From contig JAXDQS010000007.1 in the NCBI GenBank assembly GCA_034667725.1, positions 1-57,133 of the forward strand: DNA of 57,133 nucleotides. Reading direction: 5' to 3'. The stretch is from Thermoplasmata archaeon. Its GTDB lineage: Archaea; Thermoplasmatota; E2; JACPAO01; JAHFTW01. Below the pieces are notes generated by a model. The model was not told where the DNA came from and ran no database searches. It saw nothing but the letters and a program-made list of their open reading frames with translations. The translations under genes were made by a program, and so were the position numbers. Positions 9,081-18,071 of the stretch are shown piece by piece (within the stretch, counting starts at the first letter, position 1; every line of letters begins with the position of its first letter).

Positions 9081-10349
9081 TCAGGCGGCCTTGGCCAGGT
9101 TCCGGGGCCGGTGCGCGTACCCCTTCTGCACCAGGCCGGACAGGATCCAGGTGTAGGCCCCGCAGCGGGCGATGACGGCGACCCCGACCGGCAGGTAGAG
9201 CGCCGTGTCCGCGACCTGCGGGCTGACCGCGAAGAAGGTGAACAGCGCCAGGAACAACGCCACGTCGGCGGCGACGACGGCGGCGCGCTGGCCGTCCCGC
9301 AACGGCAGCAGCGCCAGCAACGGCAGCGCCCACAGGACGTACTGGATGCTCTGGACCTTGTTGAACGCCAGGAAGGCGAACACCGGGATGGCCGCCGCCG
9401 CCAACGGCTCCAGCCGGCGGGTCGCAGCCAGATGGCCGGACACTACCAGCGACCCCAGGAACAGCAGCATGGCCACGACGCTGGCCGCGGCCTCGTCGCC
9501 CATCGGCTCGAACACGCCCAGGCCGTTGTGGCGCCCCAGGTGGCCGAGGACGAAGTAGGGGGACTCCAGGTTCGGCCCGCGGCCCATCTGCCATGCGTAG
9601 GTCTCCCACCAGCCGGGGAAGTAGGCCAGCATGAAGGGGAGGTTCACCGCCAGCCAGGCCGCCACGAAGCCGCCGCCGAAGGCCCAGCCGGAACGGTCCA
9701 GCCGGCCGCCGGCGCGGGCCACGAGGGCCAGCCCCAACGCCGGCATCAGGAACGCCGGGTACAGCTTGGCGGCAGCCCCCAGGCCCAGCAAGGCACCGGA
9801 CAGGAGGAACCGCTCGCGGCGGTAGGCGAGGATGCCGAGGACGCAAAAGCCCACGGCCAGCAGGTCCCATGAGTAGAACGCGTACAGGAACAAGCCCGGC
9901 GCCGCCGCCCACCACAGCACTTGCTTGGGCGGGGCCAGCCGGGCAAGGACGGCCGTCGTCGCCAGGGCCAAGACGCCGAGCAGCACGGCCTGCACGCCCA
10001 TGTAGGCCCCGATGTTGTCCGTCAGCACGGCGGCGAGGTACATCGTGAGGCCGGTCAAGGCCGGGTACTCGTTGAAGCCGGGCTCCCCCAGCAGCCCCGA
10101 GTAGGGCACCGGCACGTCGTGGCCGCTGTTGACCCGGAAGACGTACTGGACCTGGATGTCCGAGTAGCAGAAATGGCGATACTCGAAGCCGTCGCCCCAC
10201 GGCTGCGCCAGGCAGTTCGACTTGAGCCACCAGGCCATCAGCAGCACCACCAGCGTGGCGCCGCCCAGGACGGCAAGCCAGCGGCGGGGCACGGCCACGC
10301 CCGCCCCAGACGGCCCAGGCCGAAAACCCCTCCCAGTCGGTCGGGTCAT
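9081..10349 (-). CDS. GT-C fold glycosyltransferase family 87 (PimE/DUF2029-like)
   Basis: CYSDI, EYPALTG, WDLL, GLGAAAKLYP, NKVQSIQY motifs; many TM helices. Confidence 0.85.
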   Translation of the reverse strand: MTRPTGRGFRPGPSGAGVAVPRRWLAVLGGATLVVLLMAWWLKSNCLAQPWGDGFEYRHFCYSDIQVQYVFRVNSGHDVPVPYSGLLGEPGFNEYPALTGLTMYLAAVLTDNIGAYMGVQAVLLGVLALATTAVLARLAPPKQVLWWAAAPGLFLYAFYSWDLLAVGFCVLGILAYRRERFLLSGALLGLGAAAKLYPAFLMPALGLALVARAGGRLDRSGWAFGGGFVAAWLAVNLPFMLAYFPGWWETYAWQMGRGPNLESPYFVLGHLGRHNGLGVFEPMGDEAAASVVAMLLFLGSLVVSGHLAATRRLEPLAAAAIPVFAFLAFNKVQSIQYVLWALPLLALLPLRDGQRAAVVAADVALFLALFTFFAVSPQVADTALYLPVGVAVIARCGAYTWILSGLVQKGYAHRPRNLAKAA

Positions 10350-10504
10350 CGGCCCCTGCCGCGGCCGCCCGCGTTCCGGCCGCCCTTGGGCGCATACGGC
10401 GTCTTGGCGCGGCCGGCCTCCGCGTCGCCCCGCACCGGCAGCCCGAGGGCCTTGCGCGCCGCCTTGGCGTCCGCCTTTTCCTTGGCCGAACGGGAGGAGG
10501 ACAT
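10346..10504 (-). CDS. small basic protein (52 aa, absent from ORF track)
   Basis: MSSSRSAKEKADAKAARKALGLPVRGDAEAGRAKTPYAPKGGRNAGGRGRGR; ATGA overlap with GT87 start; host-like codons; TTAA box about 25 nt upstream. Confidence 0.6.
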   Translation of the reverse strand: MSSSRSAKEKADAKAARKALGLPVRGDAEAGRAKTPYAPKGGRNAGGRGRGR

Positions 10505-10608
10505 GGACGTTCCAAGGGACAGGCTCTTAAGAGGTCCGCGGCCCCCACGGGGGCCTCATAAACCTATTCCGGGCCGCTTATCTGGGAAACGGCCCAACAG
10601 AGGAGGTT

Positions 10609-11325
10609 GTGCCCGACCCGTTGTTCTTCGACGCCTACCGCCGCGGCAACCCCCCGTGGGACATTGGACGCGCCCAGCCTGCCTTCGTCGAGCTTGCCCA
10701 AGCCGGCGAGATCAAGGGCTCCGTGCTGGACGTCGGCTGCGGCACCGGCGACCTCGTGCTGGAGATGGCGGAGCGCGGCCACGACGCCTGGGGCGTCGAC
10801 GTGGTCCCCATGGCCATCGACCAGGCCAAGGCCAAGTCCCAGCTGCGCGACGTCGAGGCGGTCTTCCTGGTGGGCGACGCCTTGGAGCTCGAGCACCTGA
10901 ACCGCTCCTTCGACACCGTGCTCGACTGCGGCCTGTTCCACATCTTCAGCGACCCCGAGCGCATCCTCTACGCCCGCCAGCTGGCCAAGGTCGTCGCCCC
11001 CGGCGGCGTCCTTCACCTCATGGCGATGAGCGACTGGGAGGACCCCGGGTGGGGCGGCCCCCGCCGCATCAGCCAGGCCGAGATCCTGGAGATCTTCTCC
11101 ACCGGCTGGCGCTTCGAGGACATCCGCGAGGCCCGGTTCGCCACCACCCTGCAGCGCGTCCGCGGCCACGCCTGGCTCGCGACCTTGGTGCGCGAGGAGC
11201 CCAAGAAGGGCCGCAAGAAGGCCAAGAAGCTCCCGCCCCAGACCGAGGAGCACCCGGCCAAGCCGCCCAAGGCCTCCAAGCCCAAGGCGAAGCGGACCAT
11301 CGAGGAGCACCCGCACAGCCGCTAG
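10609..11325 (+). CDS. class I SAM-dependent methyltransferase with Lys-rich C-tail
   Basis: PPWDIG, VLDVGCGTG, FDTVLDCGLFH motifs. Confidence 0.88.
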   Translation: MPDPLFFDAYRRGNPPWDIGRAQPAFVELAQAGEIKGSVLDVGCGTGDLVLEMAERGHDAWGVDVVPMAIDQAKAKSQLRDVEAVFLVGDALELEHLNRSFDTVLDCGLFHIFSDPERILYARQLAKVVAPGGVLHLMAMSDWEDPGWGGPRRISQAEILEIFSTGWRFEDIREARFATTLQRVRGHAWLATLVREEPKKGRKKAKKLPPQTEEHPAKPPKASKPKAKRTIEEHPHSR

Positions 11326-11374
11326 GCCGGGCCACGAATCCAAGCCGCTATGGCCACGCCCGTGATGGGGGCAC

Positions 11375-13648
11375 GTGGCTGAACTGCTGTGGGTGCTGGC
11401 GGGGCTGGTCGCCCTCCTGGCCGCCACCGGCTGGGTCTGCCAACGCCTGCGCCTGCCCCCCGCGCTCGGCTACCTTCTGGTAGGCGTCAGCCTGCCCGAG
11501 ACGGTCACGGACGAACGCCTGCAAGAGATCGTGCACCTGGACGAGGCCGCGCACATCGCCGTCCTCATCCTGCTGTTCTTCATCGGCCTGGAGCTGGAGC
11601 TGCGGACGCTGCGGCGCATCCTCCGGGAGACCCGCGTCGTCTCCATCTTCAACATCCTGGTGCCCGGCCTCGCGGTGATGGGGCTTGCGCGCCTGGCGGG
11701 CTGGCCCCTCGTGCAGGCGGCCATCCTCGGCATCGCCCTCAGCCTGAGCTCCACCATCTTCGGCGAGCGGCTGTCGGCGGGCACGGCGTTCCCCGGCGAG
11801 GCCCGCAAGCGCATGTTCGGCGTCCTCCTGGCCGAGGACCTGGCCGCGGGCGCCCTGCTCGCCCTGGTCGCCGTGCTGGCCGGCGGCGCGGGCGGCGGCG
11901 AGCCCAGCACGGGCATCCTGGAGCCCGTGCTTGCCATCGGCGTCCTGCTGGTCGCCCTCGTCGTGCTGGCCGCCGTGGCGCTCCTGGCCGTGCCCCGCAT
12001 CGTCGACGCCTTGGCCATCCTCCATCAGCAGGAGCTGGTCATCCTCGGCTCCGGCGCCTTGCTGCTGCTGTTCAGCGCCGCCGGCGACTGGGCCGGGTCT
12101 GCGGAGCTTGGGGCGTTCCTGGCCGGCATGGCCGTCGCCGAGGCCGGCTCCCGCTTCGTCGTGCGCAACGCGCTCTCCGGCCTGCGCAGCATCAGCCTCG
12201 CCCTGTTCTTCTTCGCCTCGGGCCTCGTGGTGGAGCCCGAGGTCGCGCTCGCGCAATGGCCGCTCGTGCTCGCCTGCGTCGCCGCCGTGCTGGCCGCCAA
12301 GCTCGTCGTCCACGTCCCCGCCGCCATGGGCGCCGGCCTGCCGCTCGCGGACAGCCTGCGCGTCGGCTTCGGCATGGCGACCGTCGGCGAGTTCAGCCTC
12401 ATCCTGGTCATCGCGGCCTCCGACGGCGGCGTGGCGCACGCGGACCTGGCCGCCACCGTCGCCGGCACCATCGTCGGCCTGCTGCTGCTGGCGCCGCCGC
12501 TCCTGCTGCTGGCGCCTCGCGCCGCCCGCGCCCTGCTGCGCCTCCCCAAGGGCGTTATCCATCCGGCGCACGCCTTCGTGCAGACGCTGCGGCGCCGCAG
12601 CCAGGCCGGCGCCGGCAAGGCCGCCCCCAGCACCGGCCTGCCCCGGCTGGCCGCCGGCGCCATCCTGGTCGGCACCATCTTCGCCGTCGCCTTCGCCCTC
12701 GACGCCTGGCTGTCGCGCCAGCTTGCCGACGCCGACCCGCTCTACCTGCGCAGCATCCTCTACGGCGCCGCGTTCGCGCTGTCGGCCCCGCTGGCGGTCC
12801 AGCTGTTCCGCAGCTACCGCCGGCTGTCGCGCTCGTTCGTGGCCCCCGGCGACACGCTGTCTCGCCTCGATCGGTTCAAGCTCGGCGCCGCGGACGCCTT
12901 GGTCGCCCTCGTCTTCGTGCTGCTCTGCCTCGTCGTCCTCGTGGCGGCCGAGGCGCCCGTCCTGCTGGTCCTCAGCAGCATGTTCCTCGCGGTCATCGTC
13001 GCCGTCGTGGCGTGGCGCCGCCTCACCCAGGCCGTCGGCACCGTCTCCACCACCTTGGCCCGCGTGCTTGGCGCCGACCTGGAGGTGCCGCCCGTGCTGC
13101 TGGACCACGCCATCCAGACCTACGGCTGGGACTTCCGCGTCCTCGCCCTCGCGCTCTCCCCCGCCTCGACGGTGGCCGGCCGCAGCCTCGGCGAGTCCCG
13201 CATCCGCGAGGCCACCGGCGCCACCGTCGCGGTCATCAAGCGCGGCCCGCGCGAGCTCGTGAACCCCGCCCCAGGCGAACGGCTGCGCCCCGGCGACACG
13301 GTCGTCCTCATGGGCGACCCCAGCCAGCTGGCCCGCGCCGAGGCGCTCTTGGAGGCGGGCGAGGAGCCGCTGCGGATGGCCGCCGAGACCCGGTCGGCGG
13401 CCGTGACGGACCTCGCCATCGAGGACGGCTCCTGGTTCGCCGCCAGCCGGCCGACGCAGGAGCAGCTCGAGGCGCGCACCGGCGCCAGCGTCCTCGGCTA
13501 CTGGCCGAAGGACAGCGAGCGGGCGCGGCCGTGGACCGGCGCCGGCCCTGCCCCAGGCGACCGGCTGGTCGTGCTCGGCACGGCGTTCCAGGTGGCGCGC
13601 CTTGCCAAGCTGCTGCAAGCCCCGTCTGACGAGGACGCCGCCGCTTGA
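11375..13648 (+). CDS. CPA2 cation:proton antiporter with C-terminal TrkA-C (RCK-C) domains
   Basis: LFFIGLE, SLSST, LAEDL, LGAFLAG, GEFSLI motifs; TrkA-C pattern GRSLGESRIREATGATVAVIKRG. Confidence 0.88.
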   Translation: MAELLWVLAGLVALLAATGWVCQRLRLPPALGYLLVGVSLPETVTDERLQEIVHLDEAAHIAVLILLFFIGLELELRTLRRILRETRVVSIFNILVPGLAVMGLARLAGWPLVQAAILGIALSLSSTIFGERLSAGTAFPGEARKRMFGVLLAEDLAAGALLALVAVLAGGAGGGEPSTGILEPVLAIGVLLVALVVLAAVALLAVPRIVDALAILHQQELVILGSGALLLLFSAAGDWAGSAELGAFLAGMAVAEAGSRFVVRNALSGLRSISLALFFFASGLVVEPEVALAQWPLVLACVAAVLAAKLVVHVPAAMGAGLPLADSLRVGFGMATVGEFSLILVIAASDGGVAHADLAATVAGTIVGLLLLAPPLLLLAPRAARALLRLPKGVIHPAHAFVQTLRRRSQAGAGKAAPSTGLPRLAAGAILVGTIFAVAFALDAWLSRQLADADPLYLRSILYGAAFALSAPLAVQLFRSYRRLSRSFVAPGDTLSRLDRFKLGAADALVALVFVLLCLVVLVAAEAPVLLVLSSMFLAVIVAVVAWRRLTQAVGTVSTTLARVLGADLEVPPVLLDHAIQTYGWDFRVLALALSPASTVAGRSLGESRIREATGATVAVIKRGPRELVNPAPGERLRPGDTVVLMGDPSQLARAEALLEAGEEPLRMAAETRSAAVTDLAIEDGSWFAASRPTQEQLEARTGASVLGYWPKDSERARPWTGAGPAPGDRLVVLGTAFQVARLAKLLQAPSDEDAAA

Positions 13649-13673
13649 ACCGCCGTCCCTCGGTTCTCGACTT

Positions 13674-13684
13674 GTTTTATTAGC
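13674..13684 (+). promoter_or_regulatory. putative TATA box of sdh operon
   Basis: TTTTATTA in a GC-rich context about 40 nt upstream of sdhC GTG. Confidence 0.4.
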
Positions 13685-13720
13685 ACGGGTCCGTGCGCGC
13701 CCCAGGCGGGGTCCGTTTTC

Positions 13721-14104
13721 GTGTACCAGCTGAAGGAAGGCCAGATCGCCTACATCCTGCACCGCGTCTCCGGCGTCGCGGTCATCCTGTTCCTGTTCGC
13801 CCACCTGGTGGAGAACTTCTTCCTGCTGCTGGGCCGCGACGCCTACAACGCCGCCATCGGCATCTACGACACCTGGTATTTCCGCCTCGGCGAGTTCGGC
13901 CTCATCGCGGCCGTGACCTACCACGCCCTCAACGGCCTGCGCATCGTGGCCATCGACTTCTGGCAGGCCTCGACCCGCCACCACAAGCAGATGTGGTACG
14001 CCGTGATGCTGCTGTCCGCGGCCATCCTGCTCTACGTCGCCTACAAGATGCTCTGGCTCTACCCTCACTGGCCGTGGGGCTCGCTCGCGGGAGGCCACGC
14101 ATGA
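13721..14104 (+). CDS. sdhC: succinate dehydrogenase cytochrome b556 subunit
   Basis: LHRVSG, YHALNGLRI heme-ligand motifs; 3 TM; first gene of sdh operon. Confidence 0.9.
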   Translation: MYQLKEGQIAYILHRVSGVAVILFLFAHLVENFFLLLGRDAYNAAIGIYDTWYFRLGEFGLIAAVTYHALNGLRIVAIDFWQASTRHHKQMWYAVMLLSAAILLYVAYKMLWLYPHWPWGSLAGGHA

Positions 14105-14493
14105 GCTACGCGGCAGGCTCGGCGCGCCCGGTCGGCGGCGGCCGCGGCGAGGTCTTCCTCTGGTACTACATGCGGCTCTCGGGGCTGCTCCTGGTCTTCC
14201 TGGCGTTCTTCCACCTCTGGCTGAACCACATCGAGACCGAGGTCGGCGCCCTCAGCTACGACCTGGTGATCGGCCGGCTCGGCAGCTTCCCCTGGCTGCG
14301 CGTCGTGGACTTCCTGCTCCTGTTCCTCGGCCTGTCGCACGGCGTCAACGGACTCAAGAACGTCATCGACGACCGCGTCCACGGGGCCCGTCAGCGCGCC
14401 TTGTGGCTGACCTTCCTGCTTGTGATGTTCGCCGTCTTCATGGTCGCCGGCACCGCGGTGCTGTTCGTGCTGCCCGCCTCGGGAGGCGCGTGA
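14101..14493 (+). CDS. sdhD: succinate dehydrogenase membrane anchor subunit
   Basis: MRLSG, HGVNGLKNVIDD; ATGA overlap with sdhC. Confidence 0.88.
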   Translation: MSYAAGSARPVGGGRGEVFLWYYMRLSGLLLVFLAFFHLWLNHIETEVGALSYDLVIGRLGSFPWLRVVDFLLLFLGLSHGVNGLKNVIDDRVHGARQRALWLTFLLVMFAVFMVAGTAVLFVLPASGGA

Positions 14494-14589
14494 ATGGCGT
14501 GCCACAAGTTGAGCCTCGTGGCCGAAGGACGCGAGGCCACAACGTCGTGCGGCGTCCAAGCCACCGCGAGCGAAGCGAGAGGTGCTTGA
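14494..14589 (+). repeat. 97-bp hairpin insertion duplicating the sdhD-stop/sdhA-start junction; reads as a 31-codon ORF
   Basis: GGAGGCGCGTGAATGGCGTGCCACAAGTT vs AGAGGTGCTTGACATGGCCTACCACAAGTT; contains GCGAGCGAAGCGAG. Confidence 0.65.
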
Positions 14590-14590
14590 C

Positions 14591-16345
14591 ATGGCCTACC
14601 ACAAGTTCGATGCCTTGGTCGTCGGCTCCGGCGGCGCCGGCCTGATGGCGGCCTACGAGCTGTCGAAGCACAAGGACCTCAACGTCGCCGTCATCACCAA
14701 GCTCTACCCGGTGCGCAGCCACACGGGTGCTGCCCAAGGCGGCATCTCGGCGGCCCTCGGCAACGTCAACGAGGACCACTGGGAGTGGCACGCCTACGAC
14801 ACGGTGAAGGGCTCCGACTTCCTGGGCGACCAGGACGCCATCGAGATCATGTGCCGCGACGCGCCGGAGACCATCATCCAGCTCGAGCATATGGGCCTCC
14901 CGTTCGACCGCCTCGAGAACGGCAAGATCTCCCAGCGCCGCTTCGGCGGCCACACCCGCGACCACGGCAAGGCCCCCGTCGAGCGCGCCTGCCACTCCGC
15001 CGACCGCACCGGGCACGCGATGCTGCACACCATGTACCAGCAGTGCCTCAAGAACGGCGTCCGCTTCTTCAACGAGTACCAGGTCGTGGACCTGGTCGAG
15101 GGCCGGGACGCCAAGGGCCGCAAGGCCGCCGCCGGCGTCGTGGCCTACCAGATCGAGACGGGCGAGCTGCACACCTTCCACGCCAAGGCGACCATGTTCG
15201 CCTCGGGTGGCTACGGCCGCGCCTGGAAGGTCACCTCGAACGCGCACGCGCTCACCGGCGACGCCATCGGCATCGCGATGCGGCACGGCATCCCGATCGA
15301 GGACGCCGAGTTCTACCAGTTCCACCCGACGGGCCTGTGGCGCATCGGCGTCCTTCTGTCCGAGGCCGTGCGCGGCGAGGGCGGCATCCTCCGGAACAAC
15401 ACCGGCGAGGCGTTCATGGCCCGCTACGCGCCCACCATGAAGGACCTCGCGAGCCGCGACGTCGTCAGCCGCGCCATCTACACCGAGATCCGCGAGGGCC
15501 GCGGCATCGGCCCCGTCGGCGACCAGTACGTCGTCTGCGACATCACCCACCTCAGCCCCGAGGTCATCGACAAGAAGCTGCCCGAGGTCACCGGCTTCGC
15601 CCGCACCTACCTCGGCATCGAGCCCAAGACCGAGCCCATCCCGGTCGCGCCGACGGCGCACTACGCCATGGGCGGCCTGCCCACCAACGTCGACACCGAG
15701 GTGCTCGCGGACGCCAAGGGCACGGTCGTCTCCGGCCTGTTCGCCGCCGGCGAGGTCGCCTGCGTGTCGGTCCACGGCGCCAACCGCCTCGGCACCAACT
15801 CGCTCTTGGACCTCGTGGTCTTCGGGCGCCGCGGCGGCCGCCGCATGGCCGAGTTCTGCGCCCTGGCCGACCACCTGCAACTGCCGCAGGCGCCCCAGGC
15901 CGCCGCCGAGGCGCAGGTCAAGGCCCTGCTCGCCAACAACGGCGGCGAGTCGGTGGCCCGCCTGCGCGACGAGATGCAGGTCGCGATGATGGACCTGTGC
16001 GGCGTGTACCGCACCGAGGAGTCGCTCACGAAGTGCAAGGGCATCCTCCAGACCCTGCGCGCCCGCTACCGCAACGTCAAGGTCAGCGACAAGGGCCGCC
16101 TGTTCAACACCGAGCTGCTGGAGGCGCTGGAACTGGGTTACCTGCTGGACATCAGCCTCGCCGTCGTCGAGTCGGCCATCGCCCGGCGCGAGTCGCGCGG
16201 CGGCCACGCCCGCGACGACTACTCCAAGCGCGACGACGCGCAGTGGCTGAAGCACACCTTCGCCACCTTGCAGGGCGACCAGGTCGTCCTCGACTACAAG
16301 CCCGTCACCATCACCCGGTACCAACCCGTGGAGCGTGTCTACTGA
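14591..16345 (+). CDS. sdhA: succinate dehydrogenase flavoprotein subunit
   Basis: GSGGAG, RSHTGAAQGG (covalent FAD His), QFHPTG, HYAMGG, HGANRLGTNSL. Confidence 0.97.
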   Translation: MAYHKFDALVVGSGGAGLMAAYELSKHKDLNVAVITKLYPVRSHTGAAQGGISAALGNVNEDHWEWHAYDTVKGSDFLGDQDAIEIMCRDAPETIIQLEHMGLPFDRLENGKISQRRFGGHTRDHGKAPVERACHSADRTGHAMLHTMYQQCLKNGVRFFNEYQVVDLVEGRDAKGRKAAAGVVAYQIETGELHTFHAKATMFASGGYGRAWKVTSNAHALTGDAIGIAMRHGIPIEDAEFYQFHPTGLWRIGVLLSEAVRGEGGILRNNTGEAFMARYAPTMKDLASRDVVSRAIYTEIREGRGIGPVGDQYVVCDITHLSPEVIDKKLPEVTGFARTYLGIEPKTEPIPVAPTAHYAMGGLPTNVDTEVLADAKGTVVSGLFAAGEVACVSVHGANRLGTNSLLDLVVFGRRGGRRMAEFCALADHLQLPQAPQAAAEAQVKALLANNGGESVARLRDEMQVAMMDLCGVYRTEESLTKCKGILQTLRARYRNVKVSDKGRLFNTELLEALELGYLLDISLAVVESAIARRESRGGHARDDYSKRDDAQWLKHTFATLQGDQVVLDYKPVTITRYQPVERVY

Positions 16346-17106
16346 TGCAGACCCAACTGGAGAAGCTCACCGTCACGCTGCGCGTGGCGCGCTACAACCC
16401 CGAGGCCGGCGACAAGCGCGCCCGCTTCGAGGAGTACCGCCTCAACGACTGCACCCCGATGGACCGCGTCCTCGACCTGCTGATCCGCATCAAGGGCGAG
16501 CAATCTGGCTCGCTGGCCTACCGGCGCTCGTGCGCGCACGGCATCTGCGGCTCGGACGCGATGGTCATCAACGGCAAGAACCGCCTCGCCTGCAAGACCC
16601 TGGTGCGCGACCTCAGCGGCACCATCACCGTCGAGCCCCTCAAGGGCCTCCCGGTCAAGAAGGACCTCATCGTGGACATGGAGCCGTTCTTCAAGTCGTA
16701 CGAGTCGGTGATGCCGTACCAGGTCACCAAGCACGAGCCGAGCGGCAAGGAGCGCCTCCAAAGCCCCGCCGACCAGGCCAAGATCGACGACCAGTCGAAG
16801 TGCATCATGTGCGCCGCGTGCACCACCAGCTGCCCCAGCTTCTGGGCCAACGACCAGTTCGTCGGCCCCGCCGCCGTCGTGCAGGCCAGCCGCTTCCTGT
16901 TCGACACCCGCGACGAAGGCAACGCCGAGCGCCTCCAGGTCCTCAACGACTACACCGGCGTCTGGCGCTGCCGCACCATCTTCAACTGCGTCGAGGCGTG
17001 CCCCCAAGGCATCGACATCACGCGCCACATTGGCAACGTCAAGAAGGCGCTCTTGTACGGCAACACCTCGTTCCTGCCGGACCTGCCGCCGCCTCCGTCC
17101 CATTAG
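16345..17106 (+). CDS. sdhB: succinate dehydrogenase iron-sulfur subunit
   Basis: SCAHGICGSD, CIMCAACTTSCP, CRTIFNCVEACP cysteine clusters; TGATG coupling. Confidence 0.96.
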   Translation: MQTQLEKLTVTLRVARYNPEAGDKRARFEEYRLNDCTPMDRVLDLLIRIKGEQSGSLAYRRSCAHGICGSDAMVINGKNRLACKTLVRDLSGTITVEPLKGLPVKKDLIVDMEPFFKSYESVMPYQVTKHEPSGKERLQSPADQAKIDDQSKCIMCAACTTSCPSFWANDQFVGPAAVVQASRFLFDTRDEGNAERLQVLNDYTGVWRCRTIFNCVEACPQGIDITRHIGNVKKALLYGNTSFLPDLPPPPSH

Positions 17107-17170
17107 GCACGCAGGTTGAAAGCGCAGCCTCCCTTGCCCGGCAGGCCGGCGCGACCGGCACGTGAACCCC

Positions 17171-17641
17171 ATGGCTGCCCGCAAGTCCGCAAAGAAGGCC
17201 AAGCCCGCCAAGTCCGCCAAAGCCGCGAAGCCCGTCCGCAAGGCCGCGCCCAAGAAGGCGGCGGTGCAGGCCACGCGCAAGATCCGCCCTGGCTTCATCT
17301 CGCACACCGAGTTGGTAAGCTCCGACCCGGCCGCCACGAAGGCCTGGGCCGCCGCGACCTTCGGCTGGGACATCTCGTCGATGCCGATGCCGGGCGGCAG
17401 CCCGTACCATATGTGGCGGTTCAACGAAGGCCAAGGCGGCGGCATCCGCGCCAACAACCCGCCCGAGGCGCCCGGCACGATTGCCTACGTCGAGGTCCCC
17501 GACATCAAGGCCGGCTTCGCCAAGGCCCTCAAGGGCGGCGCCCGGGAGATGCTCGCGCCCATGGCCATCCCTGGCGGCGGCTGGATGGCCATCGTCCAGG
17601 CTCCGGGCGGGCCGGCCGTTGGCCTGTGGGGCACGAAGTAG
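17171..17641 (+). CDS. VOC/glyoxalase family protein with Lys/Ala-rich N-tail
   Basis: SHTEL...FGW...GGGI...YVEVPDI...GG...PGGGWMA...PGG; paralog at 45614-46027. Confidence 0.85.
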   Translation: MAARKSAKKAKPAKSAKAAKPVRKAAPKKAAVQATRKIRPGFISHTELVSSDPAATKAWAAATFGWDISSMPMPGGSPYHMWRFNEGQGGGIRANNPPEAPGTIAYVEVPDIKAGFAKALKGGAREMLAPMAIPGGGWMAIVQAPGGPAVGLWGTK

Positions 17642-17663
17642 GTCAGGCGTCCTCGGCCAGCCC

Positions 17664-17763
17664 GCCTTGCGCCCCTTCCGCACCTCATAGACGACGTAGG
17701 GCGCTCCTGCACGGCAACACTTCGTTCTTGCCGGACCTGCCGCCCCCGCCGCCGTCGCATTAG
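17664..17763. repeat. orphan copies of the dedA 3' region (17664-17700) and sdhB 3' end (17701-17763)
   Basis: 37 nt identical to 18090-18126; 63 nt similar to 17047-17106, encoding ALLHGNTSFLPDLPPPPPSH*. Confidence 0.9.
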
Positions 17764-17777
17764 GCGTCCGCGAATCG

Positions 17778-18071
17778 CCGACTGGACACAGATTCCACAG
17801 AGTTCTGAGGGAATCTTCCGAATCTGTGCGAATCAGTGCTCGTCGCGGGCCGGCGACTGGACACAGATTCCACAGAGTTCTGTGGGAATCTTCCGAATCT
17901 GAGGGAATCAGTGCTCGTCGCGGGGCCGCCGACTGGACGCAGATTCCACAGAGTTCTGTGGGAATCTTCCGAATCTGAGGGAATCAGTGCCCGTCGCGGG
18001 CCGCCGACTGGACACAGGTTCCGCAGAGTTCTGTGGGAATCTTCCGAATCTGAGGGAATCAGTGCCCGTCG
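17778..18071. repeat. four tandem ~75-bp palindromic units (REP-like)
   Basis: GACTGG at 17780, 17855, 17931, 18006; consensus cgactggacacagattccacagagttctgtgggaatcttccgaatctgagggaatcagtgcccgtcg. Confidence 0.93.

Noticed and set aside
17778-18071. CRISPR array
   Set aside because: Units are near-identical over the whole 75 bp with no unique spacers; no leader or cas genes.
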